DNA from: Pocillopora damicornis
Lineage: Eukaryota
Assembly (NCBI RefSeq): GCF_003704095.1
Contig: NW_020846761.1
Location: forward strand, 620,001-684,000
Direction: 5' to 3'
Length of the DNA: 64,000 nucleotides
Shown: piece by piece, positions 1 through 13,373 of the stretch
Layout: each line of letters begins with the position of its first letter
Position numbering within the stretch: position 1 is the first letter of the stretch
Translations under genes and position numbers: made by a program
The notes under the pieces: model-generated
Told to the model about the DNA's origin: nothing
What the model saw: only the letters and a program-made list of their open reading frames with translations
The model's database searches: none

Positions 1-3000
1 GCTGCATCAGCTGATTTTCTGGAGGTTGAAACACTTCCAGTTCATATTGGTATGGATGGGCTGTACTGAAATCCACACAAAAGACAACAATAATGATTAA
101 ACATTTGCATGCTAATGTAGTTTTGTTAACAAATTTAGGGCTTATAGCAGATGGGTCCAAGAAGAAGTCACAGAGAACCAAAACAGAGTGCAACGAAGAA
201 AAAAAGGTGGAAAACTTGGCACTGACATTCTATAATGATCACCTGTTTGCAGAAGAGCTGCTTATTCCTTTTACTCTCTCCTGATGCACAAAATCAGAAA
301 TAGCTGATGGTACTTGTGCATCTCCAGGTAGATGCCTACTGCTGCTTGTCTCATCTAAAAAGCACCATACACAAATCAGTCTCATTCCCCAGAGTTGACA
401 TATTTAAATCAATTTTCATCTCTCCTAGTTCTTGGTTTACTAGTTTACCATATACAATTAAATTTATTCTGCATTGAATACAAGACTAGTGTTCCTTCCA
501 TTTCTGACAAGAATGGGGCCAAATCTGTAATATGTGGTTTGTATTTATTACACTGACTCTACATAAAAGGCACTGATATTTTCCTGCATGTGATGAAATG
601 ATTTTAGTATTTCATTCAACATACCAACTTCAAGGGGCCTTAAAGCATTAGGTTTTCTCTTGATGATTGGAATGAAAGGAGTGTTGCTGTTGTCAATCTT
701 GTCTTTAAATTTCAGTTGTGGTCTCTGAATGTGTTTAGCCATGAGAAAACGGAAGTTGGTATCTTTCTTCCCAGGGATGTCTTTCTGTAAGTTGATAACA
801 CACACAAAAAAAACATCTTTGATATAATAATGCAGTTAGTTAATTTTACATGAGATGTACTTATTTTTAAAACATGTATAAGGTTGTATTGATTTTAAGT
901 ATCATATACACCAGCATATAAGCTGCACATACAAATAAGCCGCACCTCAAGTTTGGCACCTACTGTAATATTTTGGAAAAAAGTTTTTGAAAAGAAATCA
1001 AAAGAAAACACATTTGGAGTCTTGAGAAAGTTGCCATATTTTGGTTGCTTTATTGGTCCTAATCTATTATTTTAGAAGCTGTAGTATGGAAATCATATGT
1101 AGACTCTGACTTAGACATATGTTTGATCTCACTCTGGTTTATTTGTTCACTCAGTATTTTTTTCAATCCTATCAGATTTTCAAAAATGTTTTAAATAAAC
1201 AACAGGAAATATTCTGTTCATTCATTGGTAATTCTAGCTTAGTAACCAGCCAATTGATACAGACTTAAAAATAAATTTGCGATGAATAGAGTTAATTGAT
1301 AAAAATTTTCCATAAGTTTTCCAGATGTTCTTGAAGATATGTCACACCCCTATTTGTTACAACACATTCTGGAAAAATGGTGCCACTTTTAGTTTACCGT
1401 TATTAAATTATACATATGTCATAGACGTTTAGTGAATCTATACTTTTCCCATTCATTTGAAAGTTATTGTGTGTTTACACTGTACCTTAGCTCTGTTCCA
1501 ACTTGACACAATTGGTGTTCCTTGTTGCCCAGGAGCTCCAGCAACTGTCTGGTTTGTTTTGTCTGATTTCAGGCCTGCAGCCTCATCGAGGTTTGTGTCC
1601 TTATGAGACAAATATTTTTATTAATAAAGATGAGTCTCCAACCAAGAAGCAGTGATAATAATCTTCAGAAACTCACCACTCTTTCCAGAAGAACGTCATT
1701 GGCTTCTACAAGACTGTCAATCAGCTCATCGCTATCTGGATCAATAGCATGAGTATCTGAGGGCCACTGACAATGAACCTTCCAATGATGCAACAGATTT
1801 CCAATGCTGTGAAAACAGTCAGACATTAATGCCTCTTTGGTTCTATCAAATGTCATAAGCTTAACACAATAAAAATCATTAATCATTATTGAGATACAGG
1901 GAATAAGAAAATAATGACTCTTAACAGAAGAAAACTCACTAATCATATAAATGACCTAAACAGAACAAATGAAAAGCATCCATTCCAACAGAAGGTAACT
2001 ACAAGTACCTCTGCTACTGTAACTTAATGGTGGTAAATGTTACATGAATTCTATAATTCACCAGTTGCATTAAACAGTAGAAGTCACTTACTTGCTAAGC
2101 AGCCTTGCTCCTTGAGCTGATCTAAATTCCCTGAAATCTGGAAAACTGTAGTAAAAGTCATGATCTTCTCCTGCCCCAGGCAAGTTGCCAGATTCCCTTA
2201 CAGCTTGGACAATAGCAGCTAAGGATTCCTAAGGAGGACAGCAAGCAGATTATTATTGGTCTATCCTTTATCCTTTTACAATCAGTCAATCCCTCAAAAA
2301 AATGTAACAATCTACAAGCAAGACAAGCAAGTAACATTTCATGACTTGCTCCTTACTAGTGGCAAAAGTACTCGGACCCTGATTTGCTTAATAACTGATC
2401 TAGGTTGCAAATTGCCCTCCCCCCTAGAACAAAGTCAAACTCCAGCGCTTGAATTCGATAAACAAACATCAACATTGTCCTAGGGGTCTACTCTGATCCA
2501 AGTGTACACCATGTAATCATCAAGCCAGCAAAGTGAGTTTGAAATTCTAGCTCTTAAAAATAGGTTGGCTGTGAGATAGCCATCTAATCCGAAGTTGCTT
2601 ACTTAAGCTTGCGGAAGGGCCTGTTAGGGAGATATCACGGTCGATCTTGACCAAAGAACTGTTTATCAAGACAATTTTTTAGACCTAGCCAGAATTCCTT
2701 GTCGTATTCCAAGCTTTTATAGATGCAATGAGGAATGTAACATACCCTCAGCGTTTTTTGAGGATCAAAATAGATATGTGATAGAATTATTATCGACAAG
2801 CATGTGATGATAAACTCTCGAAATTGAAGGCTGCACAAATCAGAATTTCCTTGTCGCATTCATGCAAAGCTGGCTCCCTTTCGTCTAAGAAGAATTAAAT
2901 TATATAAAAATTAAGCAGTAACATCTATAAATACCTGAGAAAACGATTTCAGATCTCCTATTCCGGGCAAAACACTCTCTGCATCGTCTTCTTCCATGTG

Positions 3001-3009
3001 GTCAGCCAT
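1..3009 (-). CDS. EXOSC10: Exosome component 10 (RRP6/PM-Scl100), 5' part; gene runs off the left edge
   Basis: Exons 3009-2935, 2228-2092, 1806-1677, 1599-1486, 784-625, 354-243 and 65-1 splice in frame via GT-AG introns. Translation includes LPGAGEDHDFYYSFPDF (PMC2NT domain), LVEANDVLLERV, RFLMAKHIQRPQLKFKDKIDNSNTPFIP and HPYQYEL, all characteristic of EXOSC10. Confidence 0.95.
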
Positions 3010-3117
3010 CTTGTAATCCCAAAAACTGAGAAGGTCTGGGTGACGGAAGTGGAAATCCCATGACTCTTAGTGATCGATTCCTAGTGCCAGTACTTCCGGG
3101 TGGGTATGAAAACAAAC
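3010..3117. promoter_or_regulatory. Bidirectional promoter shared by EXOSC10 and EXOC8
   Basis: Only 108 bp separate the divergent ATGs. Two ETS/GABPA-type motifs lie in opposite orientation (CGGAAGTG 3044-3051, ACTTCCGG 3092-3099). YY1-like contexts overlap both start codons (AAGATGGC on -, AACATGGCG on +). Confidence 0.7.
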
Positions 3118-6100
3118 ATGGCGGTCAAATTGGATGATGTTTCTTCTCCTCAACTCGCGCTTAAATTTTCAAGTTCTTCCTTCGATCCTGATAAATGTAA
3201 GTATTGCATGAAAGCTAATTAGGCGATAACCACCCTTTGTTTCTTCCAAATTATCATTTTTCGTTTTGATGTACCTGTAGTTGACTATCTTATCATGATA
3301 CAGAGCTCTAGGTGGACTGCACCTTCCATCCTAATTTTTTTTGCTTCAGATGTCAGGGATCTGTCTGCGAAGTGTGACACTGATGCTGAACTTCAGGATC
3401 ATCGAAAGCGTATTCAGACTTTAAGCGAAGAAACTGCGGTTAGCTTGAAGAAAAATGTTTATAAGAACTACATGCAGTTCATCGAAACATCAAAGGAAAT
3501 ATCATGTATCCTTTAGCTTTTAATCAGGCGAGGGTGTGTGTGCTCAGTGATGGGGGATGCCGAAAGAGTACAATCGAGATTGTAAGATTAAAGATGCAAA
3601 CAGAAAACTAACTTCGTGTGCTTGTTTATCGGTATCCTTAATATACCACTCTTTCGAAGGATTTTTCAAGACCAATGCGAACAGAACGTCCTGCAGGATG
3701 TTGTACATGTGGATTTGGATTAGTTACGATTCGTAATAAATGTCAATGATGCAGATTCCATAACATAATCTATTAGATCTAGAAGCAGAAATGTATCAGT
3801 TGGGACATTTTTTGGCGGAGCAAAAAGCGATACTCAGCAGTCAGGAAGACATGTCTTTATTTGGAACACAAGGTAATATGTATATACCAAAGAAATTGGA
3901 AATACTCACAACGTAAGAACTACGTTGAGTAGCCAAATCTCTGTATAGCTCTCTGTCTATTTTGTCATTAAAGCTCTTGAGCTTGGATCTAATAATTCAG
4001 TTAATATTACGAATCACAACAGGTTAAAATATCTTTTAAAATAGGAAAGTGGTGATATTCACTAATTCATGTACAAGGCATGTTTGAGAACAACCAAACA
4101 TAAAAAGTTTTATGTTTGATCCACATGTTGATCCACAGGCATGTTTTAATTGTTTAAGTATCTACTTCCTTATCTGAAAGAAGATGGAACTAACTGATGG
4201 GTGTATTTGCCCCCTGTTACCTTATCCCATCCTTCACTCCCCTTAGCATTTTGTAAAGTCTTATTTTAGTCAATACTCTTCAGAAAGAGTACATATTTCT
4301 GGCCAAAAAAACACTCTTAGTGGTCTGTGAAATTTTGTTTTACAGTGTAAATAATTATTTATAAGTACCATTATAAGTTTTATAATATATTACCCAATTA
4401 ACAATTTTAATAATTGCACAATTTTTTTTTTGTAAAAACTATTGCTGTTCTTTAATTTAGATCCTAATTCTTCAATGAAACCCTCAAAGAAAGATGAAAA
4501 AGGCAGCAGCTCAATAGAATCAGTAGAGGGTCTGGCTGTAAGTTATATTTATATGTTTGAAATGAATATTGTTAAAAATGAAATTAACTAGGAATGAAAT
4601 AGATGGTCAATTAATTTTACGATTTAAATTTACAGAGTGTCCTAGATATCACTGATGTGAACTGTGTTTTTGAGGGAGACCTGGTTGAGGTGGATCCAGA
4701 AACATTTCTTCCAAAATCTAAAATTCATGCCTTCCTGTTACATGACATTATGGTGGTCGCAAACATCATTCAAAACAGGTACTGTCAACAGCAGTTGTAT
4801 TGATCCATGGTTCACTGGTGATGATGTTAAGTTTACAATTGAACTAAAGAGACATAAAGAAAAGTTATGAAAGTGATCTGATCTTTTCCTAGGTCAGTTT
4901 TCTGTGAAATCTGAGAATTCATATACAGTTTTTATCCTTAAACTGATCTCAAATGAAACTTAACCTGTCTCAACTTGTTTGTTAGTTAGTCTGAGTCTAT
5001 ATTTGGAATTAATCTTAATACCATGGTATTGATACAGACTTGCCCAGGGTTATTAGTAACTATTGATTGTCTCCAATATTTTCGCTTTTCTAAGGCGTGG
5101 TCCAGTTCGTTTTAAGTTCCAAAGCCTGTTTGAACTAGAAAATGTTGCAGTGGTGAATATGACAAGTGCTGATGGTATGTATATTGTTGGGCAATCACCT
5201 TGACCTCACCCTCTTCAGTTTCTTTATTTTGTGACTCATTTTTAACCAATAACAGGCTAGAAAAGAAGGTAAATAGCTAATACATTATGAGGTTACTTGT
5301 ATATAATTTTTTAGTGAGCTCTAATCTAACTGAAGTTGGTGGTAAGGTCTTGAATAGCACACAGTACCGTGGTGAGAACTGTGCCTGTGTTCTGGATCAA
5401 TTTATATATCCTAGTGAGATTGTTAGCCATAATACAGGGACTAATTACAACTAACAGCATTATGCTTAGTATTTGATTGTATAATCAGTGCAAGGTCTCA
5501 GACTATTCATCTCTAATAATAAGAGCATCTGACAATAAGCTGGACAATAAACAGATTTTTAGGTTTACATCTAATGCATGTTGGTGGTTATGTTACAAAT
5601 TTATAATGAGTCATTGGTTTTGATGCACATCTCAGGTTTGAAGGATGCTTTCAAGGTTTTTCTGTTCCCAGAAACTCATGTGTATCAAGCTGAAAATAAA
5701 ACAACCAAGGTGAGGAGAAGAAAAATGAACTATCAGTAATATACATGTATACAGTAATAATATCATTATTATCTCCTGACCCACAAGGCCCTGCTTACAT
5801 AATCCCATCAACAAAACATGGGAATAAAAAATTGATATGAGCAGAGTGGGATGAGTTGACCTGAGCCAGTCCAGAAAAAAACCATTCAGCCCTGCACTTG
5901 TATGTCTCTTTTAAAGAAATTAATAATGGAGTACAATGTAAAGAAAACAATTCAGTTATACTTTTGATGTAATGCATGTTTATTGTGCAAGTTTTTGGCT
6001 TACAATTGAGGTATTTCCTTTTAATGTACCTGTCTGACATAGCATCTAATTGTTACCTTTTTGTACTTATTCTCTAGAAAGAGTGGTTGGATAGGATTGA

Positions 6101-9100
6101 AGAATGTAAAAAGAACTTTAAACTGAAGCTGGAACAAGAGGTTAATGAAGGTGGCAGTGAAGTTGCATCCAATACAGAGATTACCAGCAGTTCAGAGAAT
6201 TCCAATCCTTTTGTTGAAGATAGTGGAAAAAATCCATTCGTAGAGGATGACAACAGCAATCCTTTCTCAAATAATTATGATGATGACAAGAATCCATTTA
6301 ATGAAAGCAAATCCACCAATCCTTTTGATGAAGAGGAGGATGAAGGTTGCTATAATGATCTTTATCAAAACAGTACACAGGCAGAAAATAATCTGCTTGA
6401 CCTTTATGGAAGATGCTACTTGAATCAACAGTTTAGCAGAGAGGTTGCCGTAGGGACCCATAAGAAACTGAAAAACTCAAAACAATTACTCATTTGTCTA
6501 ACAATTGAAACTAAGGTGCAATGAATGACTAAGGCATCAGACAAAATAATGGCAAAAATCATTAATTGAAATCAACACCTTAAAAATGAGACTCTGAAAA
6601 AATTGAAATTAAAAATATTTATCTGATAAACTAGAAAACGGAAAAGTCTTGTTACCAGCCCCTTGTCTGGGGCAAGGTCAACATGGTAGGGAGGCATCAC
6701 CACTGGCTAACCACTTTATAAAAAACCATTTCCAGCAGATGCACCAAGATCTCCCCACAATGGTCATGAGGACCCATCTAGTATTATGTAGTTATCTGCC
6801 TCAATGTGCAAGCACTGGAGAGGGCTTGGGGTGCGAAGGAGGGAGTAGATTAATGCAACAGAAGTCCCTGCTTAACTTTCCCATTAAATACCTGGAGTGC
6901 TTTAACTTTCTCAAGGGAAGATACTTATCAATTGAAAGTGACGGTGTCTTAAAATATAGAACAGATTAAAACTTAGGGGGCATGTCTTTTATATACATGT
7001 CTGTGTTTTTGTTACAGGGCCTGTTTCTTCTTCCTCACCTAATTCTGGAAACTCCAATGTTGTCAAGGTAACAAAAAATTGAATCAGAGAGCAACCACTA
7101 GTACATGTATGAGTTTAAATGATGTATGTGAACCAAAATGTAGGCCTGATTTCCTCTGTTGTCTTGAGTTTTGTCTTTATTCCTCTCTAGACCTCCTTGT
7201 TGTTTCCCTGTTCTTGATCCAGTCAGCAGTGTGGCTTAATTAATTCTTTACATAAAATTATATTTAGCTTTTTTGTATATTTTTTTCAGGCTGGAAAAGG
7301 TTGGCTTAGAGATATGCCAGAAGATTTAGACATGTTCATAGCTCAAAGGGATTTTGAGAGGGCCATGGAGTTAATAGATAGAAGTGAGTAGTGTTTCCTC
7401 GGCAAATAGTGAACCTAGATTAAGCTAACACGGTCATCCTCCCTCCTTCCTTCCCACGTAAAAGCTCTCTGTGCTGGCCTTGGTAGAATTATTTAAGCTC
7501 AGCATATCTTATAATTATTCTTTCAGCGAAAAAATATTTGAAAGAAAACAGCAGCTCTCAAGCAGCAAAAGAAATCAAGTAAGTCTTACCAAATTTATTG
7601 TCAAGTTGATAAAATGTAGTGTCCTATCAGTTGTTCAGTTAAAAGAACCCCTGGACATGTAAAAGGTGTTCAAAATTAGCCACTGAAATACGCGTACCAT
7701 AAGGGTGTACAGCGCTAGCAAGGAAGAAATAGATTTCTACTAACTCTTTCAATACTTTCATTGTGTTTTTGTGGGCGACATTATTTCATTTTTATTTGGT
7801 TAGAGTTCGCCTTGATCGTCGAGTAAAGCAGTTGGTAGATGCTCTTATTGATGAGTTGGACTCTAGTCGGAGCTTTCTACTTCATGTAGGACCACGAGCA
7901 ACCAGAAGAACTGTGTCACTGTTGGTTAGACTGGGGAGAGCTTCTGAGGTGTGGCATATTAATGTTCTATAATCTTGCATACTTGTCAAAAGAGGAGATT
8001 TTTGATCGGATTTTTTTACTTAAAAAATGATGCAGTGATAAGGTTATCAGTCGATCGTGCGCTACATTGTTCGGTTGAGGGTAGTGCAGAACAAGACTGT
8101 AGGTGACAGTGACCTTGCTACAACCTGAGTAGATGGTTGACAGCAATTGATAACTTATGAGCCTGATCTCGACTGTTATGATGGCTTTGCTCGGTTTGTC
8201 AAAACGTCAGTGACTGTCACGTACACGGTCATGCCACACGATTGACTTGTTATCAATAAAAGATAAGCTTACCCCGAATCCCGTTTGAATTTGTTTCTTC
8301 ACTTTTATAGTGCGCTTATGTATTACTGGCGACTTTTTCAAGGTGTGCATGTGTCAGGGTGGGTGGGAATGGGGAAGGATACTTGAACAACCCTGATTGA
8401 CCTCTCTTATCTTTACTTTTGACGAGGCAGGCATGTCAGCTTTTCTTGAGGAACAGAAGTGAAGCCATCAAACATGCTATAAGGTAACCTATCACAATTT
8501 GTTCCAATTACTTTGCACAACTAAAATGATTGAACCCAGCATACCAGCTGCATGCAGACCTAATTTGATACAAAGCTAGCCTTAGTACAGATCTAATGAA
8601 GTGCTGAGTAGAAGCTCACTACAAGTACCGTTATGTGATATGGATGACTGCTTTATTTTTTAAGGCAACTCAAGATTGAAGGGGCTACATCTCTATACAT
8701 CTCTAAGTTGTCCACCGCGTTCTTTAGTAGCATCATAGAGACTGGTAAAGAGTTTGAACAAGTTTTCTCTGCTAACAGAGGGTTTAGTTCAGGTCAGTAG
8801 AAAAATCTTCTTTCCTAACTTTCTTCCTCCATGCTGTAGCTGTAAATGCTTTCTAGTATTGAACTTCGTTTACTTGAAATGAATATTTACAGCTCTAGTA
8901 ATAGCTTTAGTAGTCTTTTACTAATTCTTGTTTTTCTCTCTCCGACCAGCCTTTGTCGTGTGGGCCAAAAGTGAACTGAAGCACTTTGTGTCACGCTTTT
9001 CTAATCAAGTATTCAGAAGGGAGATGGGTTTAGCAGCTACTGGTGTTTGTGTTAGCATGGCAAGGCATCAGTGTGAAAAGGTAAACCTTACTGTGTTCTC

Positions 9101-11642
9101 ACGTTTGACCTTGTTGCTGAAAGCCGCAAGATATATAGCCATCGTCAACGATGTCTGTCTCTCGTTCTCGTGGTATATTTTACTACTGTTTTCTCTGCGA
9201 TGTAGCGCCTCTTTCCCAGAATCCTTGTTGATATTTATCTCTTCGGACCCCTAAATGGCACCCATCGTGGGGCTGTTATACGGTTGTCCTTATTTTCTAT
9301 CCTGGTTCCAACCAAAAACAAAAAGTTTATACATTTTGACTGTGTAAAACTTAGCTTGTGACATGTTGATTGTACAGCTGCAGGAGATCGGCCTAGACTT
9401 AACATTTTCCATGCAAGAGATGCTTCTTAGAGACATTGTTGAAGCACTCCTTGACACAAGAGATCAGATGGTGAAGTTTTCAAGGCACAGGGCCATGGTA
9501 AGTGACATGAAATGTAAACGTGGAAATAACATCGTCACCGTTTTTTTCGGAGCCATTTTTTGTGGCGTGCATAACAACCTTCAACTCGAAAGGAGACTCC
9601 AAATAAAAGATCGAAAAGATAGGAAAAACACAAAAGTTGCGATGACAACCATGAAGGAACAAGAATGAATAAGAATGGAGAAAATTAACATGGATTGTAC
9701 ATGACTAAGTTGCTTATACAATGACGTAGCTCGGCGAACTCATAGTTTACTTCTAGTAAACGTGTAACAGGCAATAATACAAACTCTGAATCCCACTCGT
9801 GCCCTGGAGCGAATGAGGACAGACACCTCAGCGGCTTCTTGTGTTTTACTTTGAACTTCTCACAGGTGGTCATCTCTGCACTGAATAATCGAATAATTTC
9901 AAATCTACAGAGAGTTTCTCTCTATTATGAATTCACGATATGTTTTTTTCCTCATGAAGGAAACAAATTGGAAACCAATGGAGTTTGAAGGACATGCAGA
10001 TCAGCTTGGAAAATTATGTGAAGAAATGGAAAGCCTGGGTATTGAGAGTTTTCAACAACTTGTTGGTAAGAAGCTGTGTCCATTTATCGATTTTTTGTTT
10101 CCTTTGCAGTTTCCTTTACCCGGCATTTTTTGTTTAAGTTATCTAGAATTCGATGTTGCAATTATGGCAATTAATAGTTAGTTCTTCCCGTTTGCGCTTC
10201 AGTGATAATTTGCCTTCAGAACCAAGGTTCTCTTTATTCCATGTCGGCTTCTGCAATCAGAAATCTCGGTCTGGAGTTGAACATGCTGATCACTCGGACC
10301 GACCGACTGATCGCGTTCTCTTGCCCTTTAGCTAGCCTACGGTATTTGGTCGAAAGCTGGTCCCGACTTGTCGGTAATCTATCGGTAGCCTGTTGGCAGC
10401 CTGTTCCAGCCTGTCGGCTATCTGCCGACAGTCTATCTAGCAACTAATCACCTACAGGGTCTTGGAACAACAGTCGGTAGAGAGAAGCTTCACTTGAAAT
10501 TTACTGAGATTATAGCCATGACCCTCCTTCGCTTTGTTGTTTTGTTGAACACAGATGGCAATAAAGTGAACCTGAGCAGTGCCACTGTGGCTTTTATTAA
10601 AGGAGTGTTGGGCTTCGTAGGAGACGGATTAACAGTCAATACACCACAGGCAAGAAGGCTACTAATAATATGCGTGATATAAATGGTTATTTTTTTCCTT
10701 AATCTTTGTCTTTTATTTTGCGTAGTAAAATAAAAGTATCCCTTTCAACTTTCAGCTTCAGCCATGGTTTGTCGATTGCATTGGGGATTTGTTTGAAAAC
10801 CAAGTGGTTCTGTTCGAGGCCATTCTTAAGTCTGGTCGGTATGCAAGCCAAGTAAGCATCTACCTGTATTCAGCGTTCATTTCCTTTAGCGAGGACGTCC
10901 GCTTACCAGCGGGCTTTGGCGTTAGTGCTGGCGGCAGTCGATGTCCTAGGCCTCGCTGCGCGCTGATCAAAAATAAGTGCGTTACCGAGGGCTTTGTTAT
11001 TCCGCCTTTTACGTTTGTTTTGTTTAGTTCGGATTTGCTACTTTCGGTTCGGTTTTGTCTAAATTATTAGTATTGTAAAAAGCCGAGAAGCAGGATCCCT
11101 GGCAAGTGGCTTATAGCTCTGATAAGTTCAACACCCACTAAAGGCTTCTGAGTTACAACCGTCTTGTCATGTTGTCTTTCATAACCTGTTGTGCGTACTT
11201 TTTTTTCCAGCGTGAGTTCATCCTTATGAATGCTTCATTTGTCTTTGAAATTACCCTTCCTCTGATTAAAAAGCGATTGAAGGTAGGTATGCGGTTTAAA
11301 TATGGTTTGCGAGTTTCGTTTTCTTTTCGATTGTTTGTCTGTGTTTTATTTGCTTGCGTAGAATTTCCTTGTTCGCTTTTTTCCGCGCTTGAGTTTTGGT
11401 GGGTTCCTTTACCGTTATTCTGAAAGGCTGTTGTGATTACTTTGGTTTTGTGTGGACGGCAGTTAAGGGAAAACCGATCCACCTCCTGGAATGAGCTCTT
11501 TTTTGTTTCTTTTCTTATTTTTGCCATTTTTCTTTAGGTTGGGACCAATCCTGGTCGTTTCATGGAAATAAAGAGCGAGTTAAAGAGACTTCAGTCCATT
11601 ACTCCTTCAAGTGATGCGACGGAAGGAAAAACTGGCAAATGA
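3118..11642 (+). CDS. EXOC8: Exocyst complex component 8 (Exo84), 21 exons
   Basis: Exons 3118-3196, 3350-3505, 3777-3872, 4461-4537, 4636-4778, 5095-5174, 5636-5709, 6078-6345, 7018-7067, 7290-7383, 7527-7578, 7804-7948, 8431-8483, 8665-8792, 8950-9080, 9378-9497, 9960-10065, 10555-10649, 10756-10851, 11211-11282, 11538-11642. Motifs: LKKNVYKNYMQFIETSKEISYLEAEMYQL, a PH-like region, WLRDMPEDLDMFIAQRDFE, LFLRNRS, RQLKIEGATSLYI, AFVVWA, LQEIGLDLTF. An in-frame upstream ATG exists at 3106. Confidence 0.95.
3506..3776 (+). other. U12-type (minor spliceosome) GT-AG intron, EXOC8 intron 2
   Basis: 5' splice site GTATCCTTT. Branch point TTCCATAAC (3756-3764) ends 12 nt before the intron end, with no polypyrimidine tract. 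Splicing restores the conserved EIS-YLE frame. Confidence 0.85.
8050..8240. mobile_element. Degenerate Penelope-like terminal relic (inverted pair) in an EXOC8 intron
   Basis: GACTGTTATGATGGCTTTGCTCGGTTTGTCAAAACGTCAGTGACT resembles the terminus at 33486-33530. The left part is a decayed reverse complement of the same unit. The ribozyme core is destroyed. Confidence 0.4.
10368..10440. repeat. Degenerate ~11-bp periodic repeat (CTGTCGGYARC-like), probably inside a non-autonomous transposon relic
   Basis: Units ttgtcggtaat/ctatcggtagc/ctgttggcagc/ctgttccagc/ctgtcggctat/ctgccgacagt lie in EXOC8 intron 17. Confidence 0.45.
10650..10755 (+). other. GC-AG intron, EXOC8 intron 18
   Basis: The CAG|GCAAGA donor keeps frame between ...VNTPQ and LQPWFVDC...; the acceptor is ctttcag. 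Confidence 0.7.
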
Positions 11643-12984
11643 AAATGTGATAACATCTCACCACTAATGATAAATTGTTTTCAAGAAGACACTTCATTAT
11701 AGTCTGTTCAAAACAGAACTGAAAACAAAATAACAGAAGTAACCAAATGAGAACTTCAATTTTCTTGTATCTTACAGAAACAAATCTTTATTTCTAGTGA
11801 ATTCAGTCTGATAATGATGTACAATTATTGTTTCGATACCGAGAAAAGTTCAGTTATCGTTGGATGAGAAGTAACAGCTGTCCTACGCTCCATGCGCATG
11901 GGCGAGGCTGCAGTCGAGCCTTTCGTCCGCCTATGATCGTTTTTGAGTGGTGGGGGAATCTTTTATCTGTTTCCCTTGGAGGGAAAATTCTTGTGACGTT
12001 TTCAATTTAATTTAGTGCAGAGAGAGCAGTAAAATTACCCTGACTGGTCTTAATAACGCGCTCATTGGAATGAAAGAGTTAAATTGTGATATTATCCTTG
12101 TCACCCTTGCAAAAAGGGCTCTACATTCTTTGTTTCTTTTTTATCTGCGAAAGAGGAAAATTCACCACATTCGTTTTGCATAGTAATGCAATGACGGTTA
12201 CGCTGCCAATATTCGAGTTTTGTGCAAAAAAACACTTTGAGTCCTCAAGTCGTGGCTATAAGGGTTAAATAGACTCAGAGAATGAATTTGGAAACCAAAT
12301 TACCTTTCCTTATTAGTAGATTTTTAACCACGAAAACCAATTTGGTTTTTTTTTTTTTTATAAAATCTTCAACTGTAGTGGAGTCGACCCACTCTTTAAT
12401 TAGTACTGAACATTACAGCGAAAAAATAAATGAATTACACGAGAGAGAGAAGCTTTATGGTTGTTTCGGCGTTAATTAACATTAAATGAAGACTTCGTTA
12501 GGCTGGATCACGAAAATACTTGTGTGTTTCACCGGAAGCCCCGAAAAAAAACTGCAGGTAATTGTTTCTTTGTGAGTCTAAGCAATCACGCGCCTTTGTA
12601 TCCGTAAACAATAACGCTAGCATTAGCACGTTACACAAACAATGCCAAACAAATGTACGGGCGGATGTGATATTAACTCCATTCTTATACAAACAGAACA
12701 CTGGAACAGACTTGTATTACTTCGAATACTTAGTTCAGTATTTCTTGTCACGTTTATCACGAAATGTAACATGAACCTCGCTTTTTTACAGCTCTGAGCT
12801 ACTTGGAATTGCTTGTTTTTGGTTTCACTTTGTGGTCAGTCTTGTCTTTTAACGGTGAGATTACAGGTACTCGGTCAAAAAAGAGTGGGAATGGATCCTA
12901 AGGGATTTAAGAAGAATAAACCTTTCTTTTTCAAGGTTTAGCAAGTTGTTGTGACAATTATTCAAAAATGCTAAATAAATTATA

Positions 12985-13302
12985 AGGGCGCTAATTATAT
13001 GAATAAGTGGACAAACATGTCAACCGGAATAAGCTCTAGAAGTCTGCAATGCTTGTGAATTTCATTTGAATTGAAAACCCATACATTTAATTAAAGAGAT
13101 TTTCTTCCACTCAGCTTGAAATTAGTTTTGAACATTGTTTGTCCATGTATACAAATTGGCACCAAATGTAGTTGAATGAAAGCCTTTTTTTGCTGGAAAA
13201 CCAATATCAAAGAGTTTGATTGTTTATGTCAGTAAAAGCGTCATTAATCAATTACGTAAACCATAGTGTTTTACAGTCCAATATCACAGTTTGTTCACTC
13301 GT
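12985..13302 (+). promoter_or_regulatory. Conserved upstream elements of foxQ2 copy 1
   Basis: GGCGCTAATTA (TAATTA 12992-12997), TTACGTAA 13252-13259, CCAAT 13278-13282 and TTTGTTCAC 13290-13298. Order and spacing match copy 3. Confidence 0.6.
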
Positions 13303-13373
13303 GCCACGCTCATTTTCAATCGAGTGTGGATCCTGTGAAAGTCTCGAAACTTTGATCCGTGATATAAATTCTG

